DNA from: Auanema rhodensis
Taxonomy: Eukaryota > Animalia > Nematoda
Length of the DNA stretch: 64,000 bases
Assembly (NCBI GenBank): GCA_964057225.1
Contig: OZ059897.1
Coordinates: 20,584,001-20,648,000 of the forward strand
Reading direction: 5' to 3'
The notes under the pieces were generated by a model. The model was not told the origin of the DNA. It saw only the letters and a list, made by a program, of their open reading frames with translations, and did no database searches. The stretch's first letter is position 1. Every line of letters begins with the position of its first letter. A program made the position numbers and the translations under genes. This document shows positions 11,935 to 26,000 of the stretch, one piece after another.

Positions 11935-14040
11935 CATTTTGACAAAAATTTTTTCGAAAAATTTCAAAATAATTTAGCAAAAAGTAGATGTTTTTAGATT
12001 CCTTTTTTCAAGGCAAAGACGATGGACAATGTTATTTAACGAAAAAATTAATTCTTCAGGGTGAAAATCGAGGATATAAGTGTAAACTTATATCAGTTGA
12101 TATCTCGGTGCATTTTTAAGCTAGCGCAAATCTGATAACACAGATCGACGCAGCTTAAAAATCCGCATCGAATGCACTATACTACATTGAGAAACGCTTA
12201 ATACAAAAATTAGTTATGATCGTTTGAAAAATGATGCATTAGTGTATGTTGAGTTTCCATGTACACTCAACATTGCTTCCAAAAACATTTTGACAAAAAT
12301 TTTTTCGGAAAATTTCAAAATAATTTAGCAAAAAGTAGATGTTTTTAGATTCCTTATTTCAAGGCAAAGACGATGGACAATGTTATTCAACGAAAAAATT
12401 AATTCTTTAGGGTGAAAATCGAGGATATAAGTGTAAACTTATATCAGTTGATATCTCGGTGCATTTTTAATCTAGCGCAAATCTGATAACACAGATCGAC
12501 GCAGCTTAAAAATCCGCATCGAATGCATTATACTACATGGAAGAACGCTTAATACAAAAATTAGTTATGATCGTTTGAAAAATGATGCATTAGTGTATAT
12601 TGAGTTTCCATGTACACTCAACATTGCTTCCAAAAACATTTTGACAAAAATTTTTTCGAAAAATTTCAAAATAATTTAGCAAAAAGTAGATGTTTTTAGA
12701 TTCCTTTTTTCAAGGCAAAGACGATGGACAATGTTATTCAACGAAAAAATTAATTCTTCAGGGTGAAAATCGAGGATATAAGTGTGAACTTATATCAGTT
12801 GATATCTCGGTGCATTTTTAAGCTAGCGCAAATCTGATAACACAGATCGACGCAGCTTAAAAATCCGCATCGAATGCACTATACTACATAGAAGAACGCT
12901 TAATACAAAAATTAGTTATGATCGTTTGAAAAATGATGCATTAGTGTATATTGAGTTTCCATGTACACTCAACATTGCTTCCAAAAACATTTTGACAAAA
13001 ATTTTTTCGAAAAATTTCAAAATAATTTAGCAAAAAGTAGATGTTTTTAGATTCCTTTTTTCAAGGCAAAGACGATGGACAATGTTATTCAACGAAAAAA
13101 TTAATTCTTCAGGGTGAAAATCGAGGATATAAGTGTGAACTTATATCAGTTGATATCTCGGTGCATTTTTAAGCTAGCGCAAATCTGATAACACAGATCG
13201 ACGCAGCTTAAAAATCCGCATCGAATGCACTATACTACATTGAGAAACGCTCAATACAAAAATTAGTTATGATCGTTTGAAAAATGATGCATTAGTGTAT
13301 GTTGAGTTTCCATGTACACTCAACATTGCTTCCAAAAACATTTTGACAAAAATTTTTTCGAAAAATTTCAAAATAATTTAGCAAAAAGTAGATGTTTTTA
13401 GATTCCTTTTTTCAAGGCAAAGACGATGGACAATGTTATTTAACGAAAAAATTAATTCTTCAGGGTGAAAATCGAGGATATAAGTGTAAACTTATATCAG
13501 TTGATATCTCGGTGCATTTTTAAGCTAGCGCAAATCTGATAACACAGATCGACGCAGCTTAAAAATCCGCATCGAATGCACTATACTACATTGAGAAACG
13601 CTTAATACAAAAATTAGTTATGATCGTTTGAAAAATGATGCATTAGTGTATGTTGAGTTTCCATGTACACTCAACATTGCTTCCAAAAACATTTTGACAA
13701 AAATTTTTTCGGAAAATTTCAAAATAATTTAGCAAAAAGTAGATGTTTTTAGATTCCTTATTTCAAGGCAAAGACGATGGACAATGTTATTCAACGAAAA
13801 AATTAATTCTTTAGGGTGAAAATCGAGGATATAAGTGTAAACTTATATCAGTTGATATCTCGGTGCATTTTTAATCTAGCGCAAATCTGATAACACAGAT
13901 CGACGCAGCTTAAAAATCCGCATCGAATGCATTATACTACATGGAAGAACGCTTAATACAAAAATTAGTTATGATCGTTTGAAAAATGATGCATTAGTGT
14001 ATGTTGAGATTCCATGTACACTCAACATTGCTTCCAAAAA
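11584..14040. repeat. Local duplication at a 4-monomer (1404-bp) offset
   Basis: The rare TCGGAA variant at about 12307 recurs at about 13711. TAATCTAG at about 12471 recurs at about 13875. Confidence 0.85.
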
Positions 14041-15092
14041 CATTTTGACAAAAATTTTTTCGAAAAATTTCAAAATAATTTAGCAAAAATAAGATGTTTT
14101 TAGATTCCTTTTTTCAAGGCAAAGACGATGGACAATGTTATTCAACGAAAAAATTAATTCTTCAGGGTGAAAATCGAGGATATAAGTGTGAACTTATATC
14201 AGTTGATATCTCGGTACATTTTTAAGCTAGCGCAAATCTGATAACACAGATCGACGCAGCTTAAAAATCCGCATCGAATGCATTATACTACATGGAAGAA
14301 CGCTTAATACAAAAATTAGTTATGATCGTTTGAAAAATGATGCATTAGTGTATGTTGAGATTCCATGTACACTCAACATTGCTTCCAAAAACATTTTGAC
14401 AAAAATTTTTTCGAAAAATTTCAAAATAATTTAGCAAAAAGTAGATGTTTTTAGATTCCTTTTTCAAGGCAAAGACGATGGACAATGTTATTCAACGAAA
14501 AAATTAATTCTTCAGGGTGAAAATCGAGGATATAAGTGTGAACTTATATCAGTTGATATCTCGGTACATTTTTAAGCTAGCGCAAATCTGATAACACAGA
14601 TCGACGCAGCTTAAAAATCCGCATCGAATGCATTATACTACATGGAAGAACGCTTAATACAAAAATTAGTTATGATCGTTTGGAAAATGATGCATTAGTG
14701 TATGTTGAGATTCCATGTACACTCAACATTGCTTCCAAAAACATTTTGACAAAAATTTTTTCGAAAAATTTCAAAATAATTTAGCAAAAAGTAGATGTTT
14801 TTAGATTCCTTTTTTCAAGGCAAAGACGATGGACAATGTTATTTAACGAAAAAATTAATTCTTCAGGGTGAAAATCGAGGATATAAGTGTGAACTTATAT
14901 CCGTTGATATCTCGGTGCATTTTTAAGCTAGCGCAAATCTGATAACACAGATCGACGCAGCTTAAAAATCCGCATCGAATGCACTATACTACATTGAGAA
15001 ACGCTTAATACAAAAATTAGTTATGATCGTTTGAAAAATGATGCATTAGTGTATGTTGAGTTTCCATGTACACTCAACATTGCTTCCAAAAA

Positions 15093-18000
15093 CATTTTGA
15101 CAAAAATTTTTTCGAAAAATTTCAAAATAATTTAGCAAAAAGTAGATGTTTTTAGATTCCTTTTTTCAAGGCAAAGACGATGGACAATGTTATTTAACGA
15201 AAAAATTAATTCTTCAGGGTGAAAATCGAGGATATAAGTGTGAACTTATATCAGTTGATATCTCGGTGCATTTTTAAGCTAGCGCAAATCTGATAACACA
15301 GATCGACGCAGCTTAAAAATCCGCATCGAATGCACTATACTACATTGAAAAACGCTTAATACAAAAATTAGTTATGATCGTTTGAAAAATGATGCATTAG
15401 TGTATGTTGAGTTTCCATGTACACTCAACATTGCTTCCAAAAACATTTTGACAAAAATTTTTTCGAAAAATTTCAAAATAATTTAGCAAAAAGTAGATGT
15501 TTTTAGATTCCTTTTTTCAAGGCAAAGACGATGGACAATGTTATTCAACGAAAAAATTAATTCTTCAGGGTGAAAATCGAGGATATAAGTGTGAACTTAT
15601 ATCAGTTGATATCTCGGTACATTTTTAAGCTAGCGCAAATCTGATAACACAGATCGACGCAGCTTAAAAATCTGCATCGAATGCACTATACTACATGGAA
15701 GAATGCTTAATACAAAAATTAGTTATGATCGTTTGGAAAATGATGCATTAGTGTATGTTGAGTTTCCATGTACACTCAACATTGCTTCCAAAAACATTTT
15801 GACAAAAATTTTTTCGAAAAATTTCAAAATAATTTAGCAAAAAGTAGATGTTTTTAGATTCCTTTTTTCAAGGCAAAGACGATGGACAATGTTATTCAAC
15901 GAAAAAATTATTTCTTCAGGGTGAAAATCGAGGATATAAGTGTAAACTTATATCAGTTGATATCTTGGTGCATTTCTAAGCTAGCGCAAATCTGATAACA
16001 CAGATCGACGCAGCTTAAAAATCCGCATCGAATGCACTATACTACATTGAGAAACGCTTAATACAAAAATTAGTTATGATCGTTTGAAAAATGATGCATT
16101 AGTGTATGTTGAGTTTCCATGTACACTCAACATTGCTTCCAAAAACATTTTGACAAAAATTTTTTCGAAAAATTTCAAAATAATTTAGCAAAAAGTAGAT
16201 GTTTTTAGATTCCTTTTTTCAAGGCAAAGACGATGGACAATGTTATTTAACGAAAAAATTAATTCTTTAGGGTGAAAATCGAGGATATAAGTGTAAACTT
16301 ATATCAGTTGATATCTCGGTGCATTTTTAAGCTAGCGCAAATCTGATAACACAGATCGACGCAGCTTAAAAATCCGCATCGAATGCACTATACGACATTG
16401 AGAAACGCTTAATACAAAAATTAGTTATGATCGTTTGAAAAATGATGCATTAGTGTATGTTGAGTTTCCATGTACACTCAACATTGCTTCCAAAAACATT
16501 TTGACAAAAATTTTTTCGAAAAATTTCAAAATAATTTAGCAAAAAGTAGATGTTTTTAGATTCCTTTTTTCAAGGCAAAGACGATGGACAATGTTATTCA
16601 ACGAAAAAATTAATTCTTCAGGGTGAAAATCGAGGATATAAGTGTGAACTTATATCAGTTGATATCTCGGTACATTTTTAAGCTAGCGCAAATCTGATAA
16701 CACAGATCGACGCAGCTTAAAAATCCGCATCGAATGCACTATACTACATGGAAGAACGCTTAATACAAAAATTAGTTATGATCGTTTGGAAAATGATGCA
16801 TTAGTGTATGTTGAGTTTCCATGTACACTCAACATTGCTTCCAAAAACATTTTGACAAAAATTTTTTCGAAAAATTTCAAAATAATTTAGCAAAAAGTAG
16901 ATGTTTTTAGATCCCTTTTTTCAAGGCAAAGACGATGGACAATGTTATTTAACGAAAAAATTAATTCTTCAGGGTGAAAATCGAGGATATAAGTGTAAAC
17001 TTATATCAGTTGATATCTTGGTGCATTTTTAAGCTAGCGCAAATCTGATAATACAGATCGACGCAGCTTAAAAATCCGCATCGAATGCACTATACGACAC
17101 TGAGAAACGCTTAATACAAAAATTAGTTATGATCGTTTGAAAAATGATGCATTAGTGTATGTTGAGTTTCCATGTACACTCAACATTGCTTCCAAAAACA
17201 TTTTGACAAAAATTTTTTCGAAAAATTTCAAAATAATTTAGCAAAAAGTAGATGTTTTTAGATTCCTTTTTTCAAGGCAAAGACGATGGACAATGTTATT
17301 CAACGAAAAAATTAATTCTTCAGGGTGAAAATCGAGGATATAAGTGTGAACTTATATCAGTTGATATCTCGGTACATTTTTAAGCTAGCGCAAATCTGAT
17401 AACACAGATCGACGCAGCTTAAAAATCCGCATCGAATGCACTATACTACATGGAAGAACGCTTAATACAAAAATTAGTTATGATCGTTTGGAAAATGATG
17501 CATTAGTGTATGTTGAGTTTCCATGTACACTCAACATTGCTTCCAAAAACATTTTGACAAAAATTTTTTCGAAAAATTTCAAAATAATTTAGCAAAAAGT
17601 AGATGTTTTTAGATTCCTTTTTTCAAGGCAAAGACGATGGACAATGTTATTCAACGAAAAAATTAATTCTTCAGGGTGAAAATCGAGGATATAAGTGTGA
17701 ACTTATATCAGTTGATATCTCGGTGCATTTTTAAGCTAGCGCAAATCTGATAACACAGATCGACGCAGCTTAAAAATCCGCATCGAATGCACTATACTAC
17801 ATTGAAAAACGCTTAATACAAAAATTAGTTATGATCGTTTGAAAAATGATGCATTAGTGTATGTTGAGTTTCCATGTACACTCAACATTGCTTCCAAAAA
17901 CATTTTGACAAAAATTTTTTCGAAAAATTTCAAAATAATTTAGCAAAAAGTAGATGTTTTTAGATTCCTTTTTTCAAGGCAAAGACGATGGACAATGTTA

Positions 18001-20006
18001 TTCAACGAAAAAATTAATTCTTCAGGGTGAAAATCGAGGATATAAGTGTGAACTTATATCAGTTGATATCTCGGTACATTTTTAAGCTAGCGCAAATCTG
18101 ATAACACAGATCGACGCAGCTTAAAAATCTGCATCGAATGCACTATACTACATGGAAGAATGCTTAATACAAAAATTAGTTATGATCGTTTGGAAAATGA
18201 TGCATTAGTGTATGTTGAGTTTCCATGTACACTCAACATTGCTTCCAAAAACATTTTGACAAAAATTTTTTCGAAAAATTTCAAAATAATTTAGCAAAAA
18301 GTAGATGTTTTTAGATTCCTTTTTTCAAGGCAAAGACGATGGACAATGTTATTCAACGAAAAAATTATTTCTTCAGGGTGAAAATCGAGGATATAAGTGT
18401 AAACTTATATCAGTTGATATCTTGGTGCATTTCTAAGCTAGCGCAAATCTGATAACACAGATCGACGCAGCTTAAAAATCCGCATCGAATGCACTATACT
18501 ACATTGAGAAACGCTTAATACAAAAATTAGTTATGATCGTTTGAAAAATGATGCATTAGTGTATGTTGAGTTTCCATGTACACTCAACATTGCTTCCAAA
18601 AACATTTTGACAAAAATTTTTTCGAAAAATTTCAAAATAATTTAGCAAAAAGTAGATGTTTTTAGATTCCTTTTTTCAAGGCAAAGACGATGGACAATGT
18701 TATTTAACGAAAAAATTAATTCTTTAGGGTGAAAATCGAGGATATAAGTGTAAACTTATATCAGTTGATATCTCGGTGCATTTTTAAGCTAGCGCAAATC
18801 TGATAACACAGATCGACGCAGCTTAAAAATCCGCATCGAATGCACTATACGACATTGAGAAACGCTTAATACAAAAATTAGTTATGATCGTTTGAAAAAT
18901 GATGCATTAGTGTATGTTGAGTTTCCATGTACACTCAACATTGCTTCCAAAAACATTTTGACAAAAATTTTTTCGAAAAATTTCAAAATAATTTAGCAAA
19001 AAGTAGATGTTTTTAGATTCCTTTTTTCAAGGCAAAGACGATGGACAATGTTATTCAACGAAAAAATTAATTCTTCAGGGTGAAAATCGAGGATATAAGT
19101 GTGAACTTATATCAGTTGATATCTCGGTACATTTTTAAGCTAGCGCAAATCTGATAACACAGATCGACGCAGCTTAAAAATCCGCATCGAATGCACTATA
19201 CTACATGGAAGAACGCTTAATACAAAAATTAGTTATGATCGTTTGGAAAATGATGCATTAGTGTATGTTGAGTTTCCATGTACACTCAACATTGCTTCCA
19301 AAAACATTTTGACAAAAATTTTTTCGAAAAATTTCAAAATAATTTAGCAAAAAGTAGATGTTTTTAGATCCCTTTTTTCAAGGCAAAGACGATGGACAAT
19401 GTTATTTAACGAAAAAATTAATTCTTCAGGGTGAAAATCGAGGATATAAGTGTAAACTTATATCAGTTGATATCTTGGTGCATTTTTAAGCTAGCGCAAA
19501 TCTGATAATACAGATCGACGCAGCTTAAAAATCCGCATCGAATGCACTATACGACACTGAGAAACGCTTAATACAAAAATTAGTTATGATCGTTTGAAAA
19601 ATGATGCATTAGTGTATGTTGAGTTTCCATGTACACTCAACATTGCTTCCAAAAACATTTTGACAAAAATTTTTTCGAAAAATTTCAAAATAATTTAGCA
19701 AAAAGTAGATGTTTTTAGATTCCTTTTTTCAAGGCAAAGACGATGGACAATGTTATTCAACGAAAAAATTAATTCTTCAGGGTGAAAATCGAGGATATAA
19801 GTGTGAACTTATATCAGTTGATATCTCGGTACATTTTTAAGCTAGCGCAAATCTGATAACACAGATCGACGCAGCTTAAAAATCCGCATCGAATGCACTA
19901 TACTACATGGAAGAACGCTTAATACAAAAATTAGTTATGATCGTTTGGAAAATGATGCATTAGTGTATGTTGAGTTTCCATGTACACTCAACATTGCTTC
20001 CAAAAA
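15093..20006. repeat. Tandem 7-mer higher-order duplication (15093-17549 / 17550-20006)
   Basis: Rare variants TCTGC (15673/18130), GATCCC (about 16911/19368) and GACACT (about 17100/19557) are all offset by 2457 bp. Confidence 0.92.
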
Positions 20007-23000
20007 CATTTTGACAAAAATTTTTTCGAAAAATTTCAAAATAATTTAGCAAAAAGTAGATGTTTTTAGATTCCTTTTTTCATGGTAAAGACGATGGACA
20101 ATGTTATTCAACGAAAAAATTATTTCTTCAGGGTGAAAATCGAGGATATAAGTGTGAACTTATATCAGTTGATATCTCGGTGCATTTTTAAGCTAGCGCA
20201 AATCTGATAACACAGATCGACGCAGCTTAAAAATCCGCATCGAATGCACTATACTACATTGAGAAACGCTTAATACAAAAATTAGTTATGATCGTTTGAA
20301 AAATGATGCATTAGTGTATGTTGAGTTTCCATGTACACTCAACATTGCTTCCAAAAACATTTTGACAAAAATTTTTTCGAAAAATTTCAAAATAATTTAG
20401 CAAAAAGTAGATGTTTTTAGATTCCTTTTTTCAAGGCAAAGACGATGGACAATGTTATTCAACGAAAAAATTATTTCTTCAGGGTGAAAATCGAGGATAT
20501 AAGTGTAAACTTATATCAGTTGATATCTTGGTGCATTTTTAAGCTAGCGCAAATCTGATAACACAGATCGACGCAGCTTAAAAATCCGCATCGAATGCAC
20601 TATACTACATGGAAGAACGCTTAATACAAAAATTAGTTATGATCGTTTGGAAAATGATGCATTAGTGTATGTTGAGTTTCCATGTACACTCAACATTGCT
20701 TCCAAAAACATTTTGACAAAAATTTTTTCGAAAAATTTCAAAATAATTTAGCAAAAAGTAGATGTTTTTAGATTCCTTTTTTCATGGTAAAGACGATGGA
20801 CAATGTTATTCAACGAAAAAATTATTTCTTCAGGGTGAAAATCGAGGATATAAGTGTGAACTTATATCAGTTGATATCTCGGTGCATTTTTAAGCTAGCG
20901 CAAATCTGATAACACAGATCGACGCAGCTTAAAAATCCGCATCGAATGCACTATACTACATTGAGAAACGCTTAATACAAAAATTAGTTATGATCGTTTG
21001 AAAAATGATGCATTAGTGTATGTTGAGTTTCCATGTACACTCAACATTGCTTCCAAAAACATTTTGACAAAAATTTTTTCGAAAAATTTCAAAATAATTT
21101 AGCAAAAAGTAGATGTTTTTAGATTCCTTTTTTCAAGGCAAAGACGATGGACAATGTTATTCAACGAAAAAATTAATTCTTCAGGGTGAAAATCGAGGAT
21201 ATAAGTGTAAACTTATATCAGTTGATATCTTGGTGCATTTTTAAGCTAGCGCAAATCTGATAATACAGATCGACGCAGCTTAAAAATCCGCATCGAATGC
21301 ACTATACTACATTGAGAAACGCTTAATACAAAAATTAGTTATGATCGTTTGAAAAATGATGCATTAGTGTATGTTGAGTTTCCATGTACACTCAACATTG
21401 CTTCCAAAAACATTTTGACAAAAATTTTTTCGAAAAATTTCAAAATAATTTAGCAAAAAGTAGATGTTTTTAGATTCCTTTTTTCAAGGCAAAGACGATG
21501 GACAATGTTATTCAACGAAAAAATTAATTCTTCAGGGTGAAAATCGAGGATATAAGTGTAAACTTATATCAGTTGATATCTCGGTACATTTTTAAGCTAG
21601 CGCAAATCTGATAACACAGATCGACGCAGCTTAAAAATCCGCATCGAATGCACTATACTACATTGAGAAACGCTTAATACAAAAATTAGTTATGATCGTT
21701 TGAAAAATGATGCATTAGTGTATGTTGAGTTTCCATGTACACTCAACATTGCTTCCAAAAACATTTTGACAAAAATTTTTTCGAAAAATTTCAAAATAAT
21801 TTAGCAAAAAGTAGATGTTTTTAGATTCCTTTTTTCAAGGCAAAGACGATGGACAATGTTATTCAACGAAAAAATTAATTCTTCAGGGTGAAAATCGAGG
21901 ATATAAGTGTGAACTTATATCAGTTGATATCTCGGTGCATTTTTAAGCTAGCGCAAATCTGATAATACAGATCGACGCAGCTTAAAAATCCGCATCGAAT
22001 GCACTATACTACATAGAAGAACGCTTAATACAAAAATTAGTTATGATCGTTTGAAAAATGATGCATTAGTGTATGTTGAGTTTCCATGTACACTCAACAG
22101 TGCTTCCAAAAACATTTTGACAAAAATTTTTTCGAAAAATTTCAAAATAATTTAGCAAAAAGTAGATGTTTTTAGATTCCTTTTTTCAAGGCAAAGACGA
22201 TGGACAATGTTATTCAACGAAAAAATTATTTCTTCAGGGTGAAAATCGAGGATATAAGTGTGAACTTATATCAGTTGATATCTCGGTGCATTTTTAAGCT
22301 AGCGCAAATCTGATAACACAGATCGACGCAGCTTAAAAATCCGCATCGAATGCACTATACTACATTGAGAAACGCTCAATACAAAAATTAGTTATGATCG
22401 TTTGAAAAATGATGCATTAGTGTATGTTGAGTTTCCATGTACACTCAACATTGCTTCCAAAAACATTTTGACAAAAATTTTTTCGAAAAATTTCAAAATA
22501 ATTTAGCAAAAAGTAGATGTTTTTAGATTCCTTTTTTCAAGGCAAAGACGATGGACAATGTTATTTAACGAAAAAATTAATTCTTCAGGGTGAAAATCGA
22601 GGATATAAGTGTAAACTTATATCAGTTGATATCTCGGTACATTTTTAAGCTAGCGCAAATCTGATAACACAGATCGACGCAGCTTAAAAATCCGCATCGA
22701 ATGCACTATACTACATGGAAGAACGCTTAATACAAAAATTAGTTATGATCGTTTGGAAAATGATGCATTAGTGTATGTTGAGTTTCCATGTACACTCAAC
22801 ATTGCTTCCAAAAACATTTTGACAAAAATTTTTTCGAAAAATTTCAAAATAATTTAGCAAAAAGTAGATGTTTTTAGATTCCTTTTTTCAAGGCAAAGAC
22901 GATGGACAATGTTATTTAAGGAAAAAATTAATTCTTCAGGGTGAAAATCGAGGATATAAGTGTGAACTTATATCAGTTGATATCTCGGTGCATTTTTAAG

Positions 23001-26000
23001 CTAGCGCAAATCTGATAACACAGATCGACGCAGCTTAAAAATCCGCATCGAATGCACTATACTACATAGAAGAACGCTTAATACAAAAATTAGTTATGAT
23101 CGTTTGAAAAATGATGCATTAGTGTATGTTGAGTTTCCATGTACACTCAACATTGCTTCCAAAAACATTTTGACAAAAATTTTTTCGAAAAATTTCAAAA
23201 TAATTTAGCAAAAAGTAGATGTTTTTAGATTCTTTTTTTCAAGGCAAAGACGATGGACAATGTTATTCAACGAAAAAATTAATTCTTCAGGGTGAAAATC
23301 GAGGATATAAGTGTGAACTTATATCAGTTGATATCTCGGTGCATTTTTAAGCTAGCGCAAATCTGATAACACAGATCGACGCAGCTTAAAAATCCGCATC
23401 GAATGCACTATACTACATTGAGAAACGCTCAATACAAAAATTAGTTATGATCGTTTGAAAAATGATGCATTAGTGTATGTTGAGTTTCCATGTACACTCA
23501 ACATTGCTTCCAAAAACATTTTGACAAAAATTTTTTCGAAAAATTTCAAAATAATTTAGCAAAAAGTAGATGTTTTTAGATTCCTTTTTTCAAGGCAAAG
23601 ACGATGGACAATGTTATTTAACGAAAAAATTAATTCTTCAGGGTGAAAATCGAGGATATAAGTGTAAACTTATATCAGTTGATATCTCGGTGCATTTTTA
23701 AGCTAGCGCAAATCTGATAACACAGATCGACGCAGCTTAAAAATCCGCATCGAATGCACTATACTACATTGAGAAACGCTTAATACAAAAATTAGTTATG
23801 ATCGTTTGAAAAATGATGCATTAGTGTATGTTGAGTTTCCATGTACACTCAACATTGCTTCCAAAAACATTTTGACAAAAATTTTTTCGAAAAATTTCAA
23901 AATAATTTAGCAAAAAGTAGATGTTTTTAGATTCCTTTTTTCAAGGCAAAGACGATGGACAATGTTATTTAACGAAAAAATTAATTCTTCAGGGTGAAAA
24001 TCGAGGATATAAGTGTAAACTTATATCAGTTGATATCTCGGTGCATTTTTAAGCTAGCGCAAATCTGATAACACAGATCGACGCAGCTTAAAAATCCGCA
24101 TCGAATGCACTATACTACATTGAGAAACGCTTAATACAAAAATTAGTTATGATCGTTTGAAAAATGATGCATTAGTGTATGTTGAGTTTCCATGTACACT
24201 CAACATTGCTTCCAAAAACATTTTGACAAAAATTTTTTCGAAAAATTTCAAAATAATTTAGCAAAAAGTAGATGTTTTTAGATTCCTTTTTTCAAGGCAA
24301 AGACGATGGACAATGTTATTCAACGAAAAAATTAATTCTTCAGGGTGAAAATCGAGGATATAAGTGTAAACTTATATCAGTTGATATCTTGGTGCATTTT
24401 TAAGCTAGCGCAAATCTGATAATACAGATCGACGCAGCTTAAAAATCCGCATCGAATGCACTATACTACATTGAGAAACGCTTAATACAAAAATTAGTTA
24501 TGATCGTTTGAAAAATGATGCATTAGTGTATGTTGAGTTTCCATGTACACTCAACATTGCTTCCAAAAACATTTTGACAAAAATTTTTTCGAAAAATTTC
24601 AAAATAATTTAGCAAAAAGTAGATGTTTTTAGATTCCTTTTTTTAAGGCAAAGACGATGGACAATGTTATTCAACGAAAAAATTAATTCTTCAGGGTGAA
24701 AATCGAGGATATAAGTGTAAACTTATATCAGTTGATATCTCGGTACATTTTTAAGCTAGCGCAAATCTGATAACACAGATCGACGCAGCTTAAAAATCCG
24801 CATCGAATGCACTATACTACATTGAGAAACGCTTAATACAAAAATTAGTTATGATCGTTTGAAAAATGATGCATTAGTGTATGTTGAGTTTCCATGTACA
24901 CTCAACATTGCTTCCAAAAACATTTTGACAAAAATTTTTTCGAAAAATTTCAAAATAATTTAGCAAAAAGTAGATGTTTTTAGATTCCTTTTTTCAAGGC
25001 AAAGACGATGGACAATGTTATTCAACGAAAAAATTAATTCTTCAGGGTGAAAATCGAGGATATAAGTGTAAACTTATATCAGTTGATATCTCGGTACATT
25101 TTTAAGCTAGCGCAAATCTGATAACACAGATCGACGCAGCTTAAAAATCCGCATCGAATGCACTATACTACATGGAAGAACGCTTAATACAAAAATTAGT
25201 TATGATCGTTTGGAAAATGATGCATTAGTGTATGTTGAGTTTCCATGTACACTCAACATTGCTTCCAAAAACATTTTGACAAAAATTTTTTCGAAAAATT
25301 TCAAAATAATTTAGCAAAAAGTAGATGTTTTTAGATTCCTTTTTTCAAGGCAAAGACGATGGACAATGTTATTTAAGGAAAAAATTAATTCTTCAGGGTG
25401 AAAATCGAGGATATAAGTGTGAACTTATATCAGTTGATATCTCGGTGCATTTTTAAGCTAGCGCAAATCTGATAACACAGATCGACGCAGCTTAAAAATC
25501 CGCATCGAATGCACTATACTACATAGAAGAACGCTTAATACAAAAATTAGTTATGATCGTTTGAAAAATGATGCATTAGTGTATGTTGAGTTTCCATGTA
25601 CACTCAACATTGCTTCCAAAAACATTTTGACAAAAATTTTTTCGAAAAATTTCAAAATAATTTAGCAAAAAGTAGATGTTTTTAGATTCCTTTTTTCAGG
25701 GCAAAGACGATGGACAATGTTATTCAACGAAAAAATTAATTCTTCAGGGTGAAAATCGAGGATATAAGTGTGAACTTATATCAGTTGATATCTCGGTGCA
25801 TTTTTAAGCTAGCGCAAATCTGATAACACAGATCGACGCAGCTTAAAAATCCGCATCGAATGCACTATACTACATTGAAAAACGCTCAATACAAAAATTA
25901 GTTATGATCGTTTGAAAAATGATGCATTAGTGTATGTTGAGTTTCCATGTACACTCAACATTGCTTCCAAAAACATTTTGACAAAAATTTTTTCGAAAAA